6,751 bases of DNA from an uncultured Gammaproteobacteria bacterium (GTDB lineage Bacteria > Patescibacteriota > Patescibacteriia > UBA2591 > UBA6264), in contig CAZTWG010000035.1 of NCBI GenBank assembly GCA_964617525.1, positions 1 through 6,751 of the forward strand, given 5' to 3'. A program made the position numbers and the translations under genes. Positions 5,558 through 6,751 of this stretch are shown in pieces; position 1 is the first letter of the stretch, and every line of letters starts with the position of its first letter. The notes under the pieces are model-generated. The model saw nothing but the letters and a program-made list of their open reading frames with translations. It was not told the origin of the DNA and did not search any database.

Positions 5558-6070
5558 ATGACTCGCTCTAAAACAAAACAAACTGAAGATTCTGTCTACG
5601 GGAAGTTTCTTCTAGGTTGGACTTTCCCAGAATACGCTAATTATGACAGAACTTTCAATTGGTATTTATTAATCTCTTCAATTTTTCTCTTAGTTATTAT
5701 TTATTCTTTTAGAACTGGGAATTTCCTTTTTGTGATTTTTCTAATTATATTTGCGGTCATTATTTTTTCTTCTGGTCGTCGTTCTTCTATTAAGGTTTCT
5801 TTTGATATTTTTGAATATGGCATTAAAATTGGTGAAAACAAATTTTATCGTTGGTCTGATATTAAAAATTTTCATTTAGTATATCAACCTCCGCAAGTGA
5901 CAAGACTTTATATTGATTTAAAAAATACGTTTTTAACTGATTTGTCCATTCCCTTAGAAGGCGAAGACCCCTTAAAGATTAGAAAAATATTAAAAGAATA
6001 TTTAGAAGAGGATTTAGATAGAGAAAATGAAACATTAATGGATCGTTTGAATCGTTGGTTAAAAATTTAA
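5558..6070 (+). CDS. Small membrane protein: two-TM hairpin plus ~100-aa soluble C-terminal domain, function unknown (possibly bacterial PH-like architecture)
   Basis: 170 aa. Basic N-terminus, WTFPEY motif, two hydrophobic helices (WYLLISSIFLLVIIYSF, FLFVIFLIIFAVIIF), then a strand-rich region ending in an acidic helix (DPLKIRKILKEYLEEDLDRE). It starts 13 nt after the upstream gene on the same strand. No family recognised from sequence alone. Confidence 0.6.
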   Translation: MTRSKTKQTEDSVYGKFLLGWTFPEYANYDRTFNWYLLISSIFLLVIIYSFRTGNFLFVIFLIIFAVIIFSSGRRSSIKVSFDIFEYGIKIGENKFYRWSDIKNFHLVYQPPQVTRLYIDLKNTFLTDLSIPLEGEDPLKIRKILKEYLEEDLDRENETLMDRLNRWLKI

Positions 6071-6097
6071 GATTTTGTTTTAGTCACACAGCGTAAA

Positions 6098-6172
6098 GCC
6101 CCTGTAGCTCAACGGATAGAGTGTATCCTTGCGGAGGATAAGACGCAGGTTCGATTCCTGTCAGGGGTACCA
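6098..6172 (+). tRNA. tRNA-Arg(GCG), CCA encoded
   Basis: Acceptor GCCCCTG/CAGGGGT (G1.U72 wobble), TA, D stem GCTC/GAGT, anticodon stem TATCC/GGATA, loop TT-GCG-GA (G37), 4-nt variable loop, T arm GCAGG-TTCGATT-CCTGT, discriminator A, CCA. Confidence 0.88.
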
Positions 6173-6195
6173 TAATTTTTTATTAAGAGAAAACA

Positions 6196-6226
6196 AAAAA
6201 AGAACCGCTTGAGGGCGGTTTTTGTA
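6196..6226. terminator. Putative bidirectional intrinsic terminator between convergent tRNA-Arg and tRNA-Asp
   Basis: Stem AACCGC (6203-6208) / GCGGTT (6215-6220) with loop TTGAGG. It is flanked by an A-run upstream (AAAAAAAG) and a T-run downstream (TTTTG), so it reads as hairpin plus U-tract on both strands. The stem is short (6 bp). Confidence 0.5.
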
Positions 6227-6245
6227 TTAAGTGACTTGCCTTCCG

Positions 6246-6276
6246 GAAGCTTCAAGTGTAAGCGAGAAGCGAAGGA
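6246..6276 (-). repeat. tRNA 3'-trailer module, copy B (directly after CCA of tRNA-Asp)
   Basis: Minus read TCCTTCGCTTCTCGCTTACACTTGAAGCTTC, matching copy A at 25/32 aligned columns. Plus-strand 15-mer AGCGAAGGATGGCGG (6268-6282) is identical to 2066-2080. Confidence 0.6.
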
Positions 6277-6353
6277 TGGCGGTCCGGACGGGACTCGAAC
6301 CCGCGATCTCAGCCGTGACAGGGCCGTGTGTTAACCAACTACACCACCGAACC
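6277..6353 (-). tRNA. tRNA-Asp(GUC), CCA encoded
   Basis: Reverse complement: GGTTCGG TG GTGT AGTTGGTTA ACAC A CGGCC CT-GTC-AC GGCTG AGATC GCGGG TTCGAGT CCCGT CCGGACC G CCA. Canonical cloverleaf. Confidence 0.95.
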
Positions 6354-6389
6354 GTATATGTTTTCGAGAAGCTTAATACCTTAGCGGAT

Positions 6390-6734
6390 TTATTGAACCA
6401 TTTCAATAACTTTAACGAAGATTTCAGGATAATGTTCTGCCAATTCAGCTAAGATTTTGCGGTCTAATTCAATCTTATTTTTCTTCAATCCTCCAATAAA
6501 TTTAGAGTATGTTAATTCATTTTCTCTGCAACCAGCGTTAATTTTAATTTGCCAGAGTCTTCTCATTGTTCTTTTTTTGTTCCTACGATCACGGTAAGCA
6601 TAAACGCCAGCTTTCTTTACAGCTGTTCTTGCTAGCTTTATTTTACTTTTTCGTCCTCCACGATAACCTTTAACTGCTTTCAACAGTTTTCTTCTTTTCT
6701 TTAGATGATTTTTTCCTCTTTTAACCCTTGGCAT
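6390..6734 (-). CDS. rplT: 50S ribosomal protein L20
   Basis: 114 aa MPRVKRGKNHLKKRRKLLKAVKGYRGGRKSKIKLARTAVKKAGVYAYRDRRNKKRTMRRLWQIKINAG...YSKFIGGLKKNKIELDRKILAELA, collinear with bacterial L20 (MPRVKRG, KGYRG, YAYRDRR, LWI.RINAA, DRK.LA motifs). Confidence 0.95.
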   Translation of the reverse strand: MPRVKRGKNHLKKRRKLLKAVKGYRGGRKSKIKLARTAVKKAGVYAYRDRRNKKRTMRRLWQIKINAGCRENELTYSKFIGGLKKNKIELDRKILAELAEHYPEIFVKVIEMVQ

Positions 6735-6751
6735 ATATATTTGTTATGACA

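Noticed and set aside
6231-6262. SRP (4.5S) RNA-like motif CUUCCGGAAGG in the tRNA-Asp trailer
   Set aside because: Only the UCCGGAAGG string resembles SRP helix 8. The flanking symmetric and asymmetric loop motifs (AGCA etc.) are absent, and a ~100-nt extended hairpin does not fit before the terminator.
6231-6452. 73-aa plus-strand ORF (MTCLPEASSVSEKRRMAVRTGLEP...)
   Set aside because: It is antisense to the tRNA-Asp trailer, to tRNA-Asp itself and to the 3' end of rplT. Its similarity to the ORF at 1827-2015 comes from the shared trailer module and tRNA 3' ends, not from a protein family.
6735-6751. Possible stop codon of rpmI (L35) at 6746-6744 on the minus strand, 9 nt upstream of rplT
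   Set aside because: Synteny (infC-rpmI-rplT) makes it plausible, but only 5 nt of putative coding sequence are in the window, so nothing can be verified.
1-6751. Mobile elements, CRISPR arrays, defence systems, or alternative genetic code (UGA recoding)
   Set aside because: I saw no spaced direct repeat arrays, no transposase or integrase-like frames, and no terminal inverted repeats beyond the tRNA-trailer repeat. All genes are intact under the standard bacterial code and end in TAA or TAG.

Overview
AT-rich bacterial housekeeping locus with no mobile elements, CRISPR or defence genes. Minus strand 1-1706 is the 5' part of recG. It is missing from the ORF track because it runs off the window, and I translated it by hand. 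A divergent promoter region follows, then tandem tRNA-Ser(GCU) and tRNA-Ser(UGA). Next is a tightly packed plus-strand operon: type-2 tyrosyl-tRNA synthetase, a 732-aa O-antigen-ligase-like membrane protein with C-terminal TPR repeats, and a 170-aa two-TM protein. After that come tRNA-Arg(GCG), a bidirectional terminator, and on the minus strand tRNA-Asp(GUC) and rplT (L20). All four tRNAs encode CCA, and none of the five start codons has a Shine-Dalgarno. The gene set, AT-richness and SD-less starts fit a small-genome uncultivated bacterium (CPR/Patescibacteria-like), but that is only inference. The most unusual signal is non-coding. A ~32-nt module directly follows the CCA of two unrelated tRNAs. 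A third, shortened, inverted copy is attached to a decayed tRNA-Ser(GCU)-like element in the 190-nt gap upstream of tyrS. This creates a long inverted repeat with the tRNA-Ser(UGA) 3' end and alternative helices in the putative tyrS leader. Its function is unknown and I make no claim of a defined new system.
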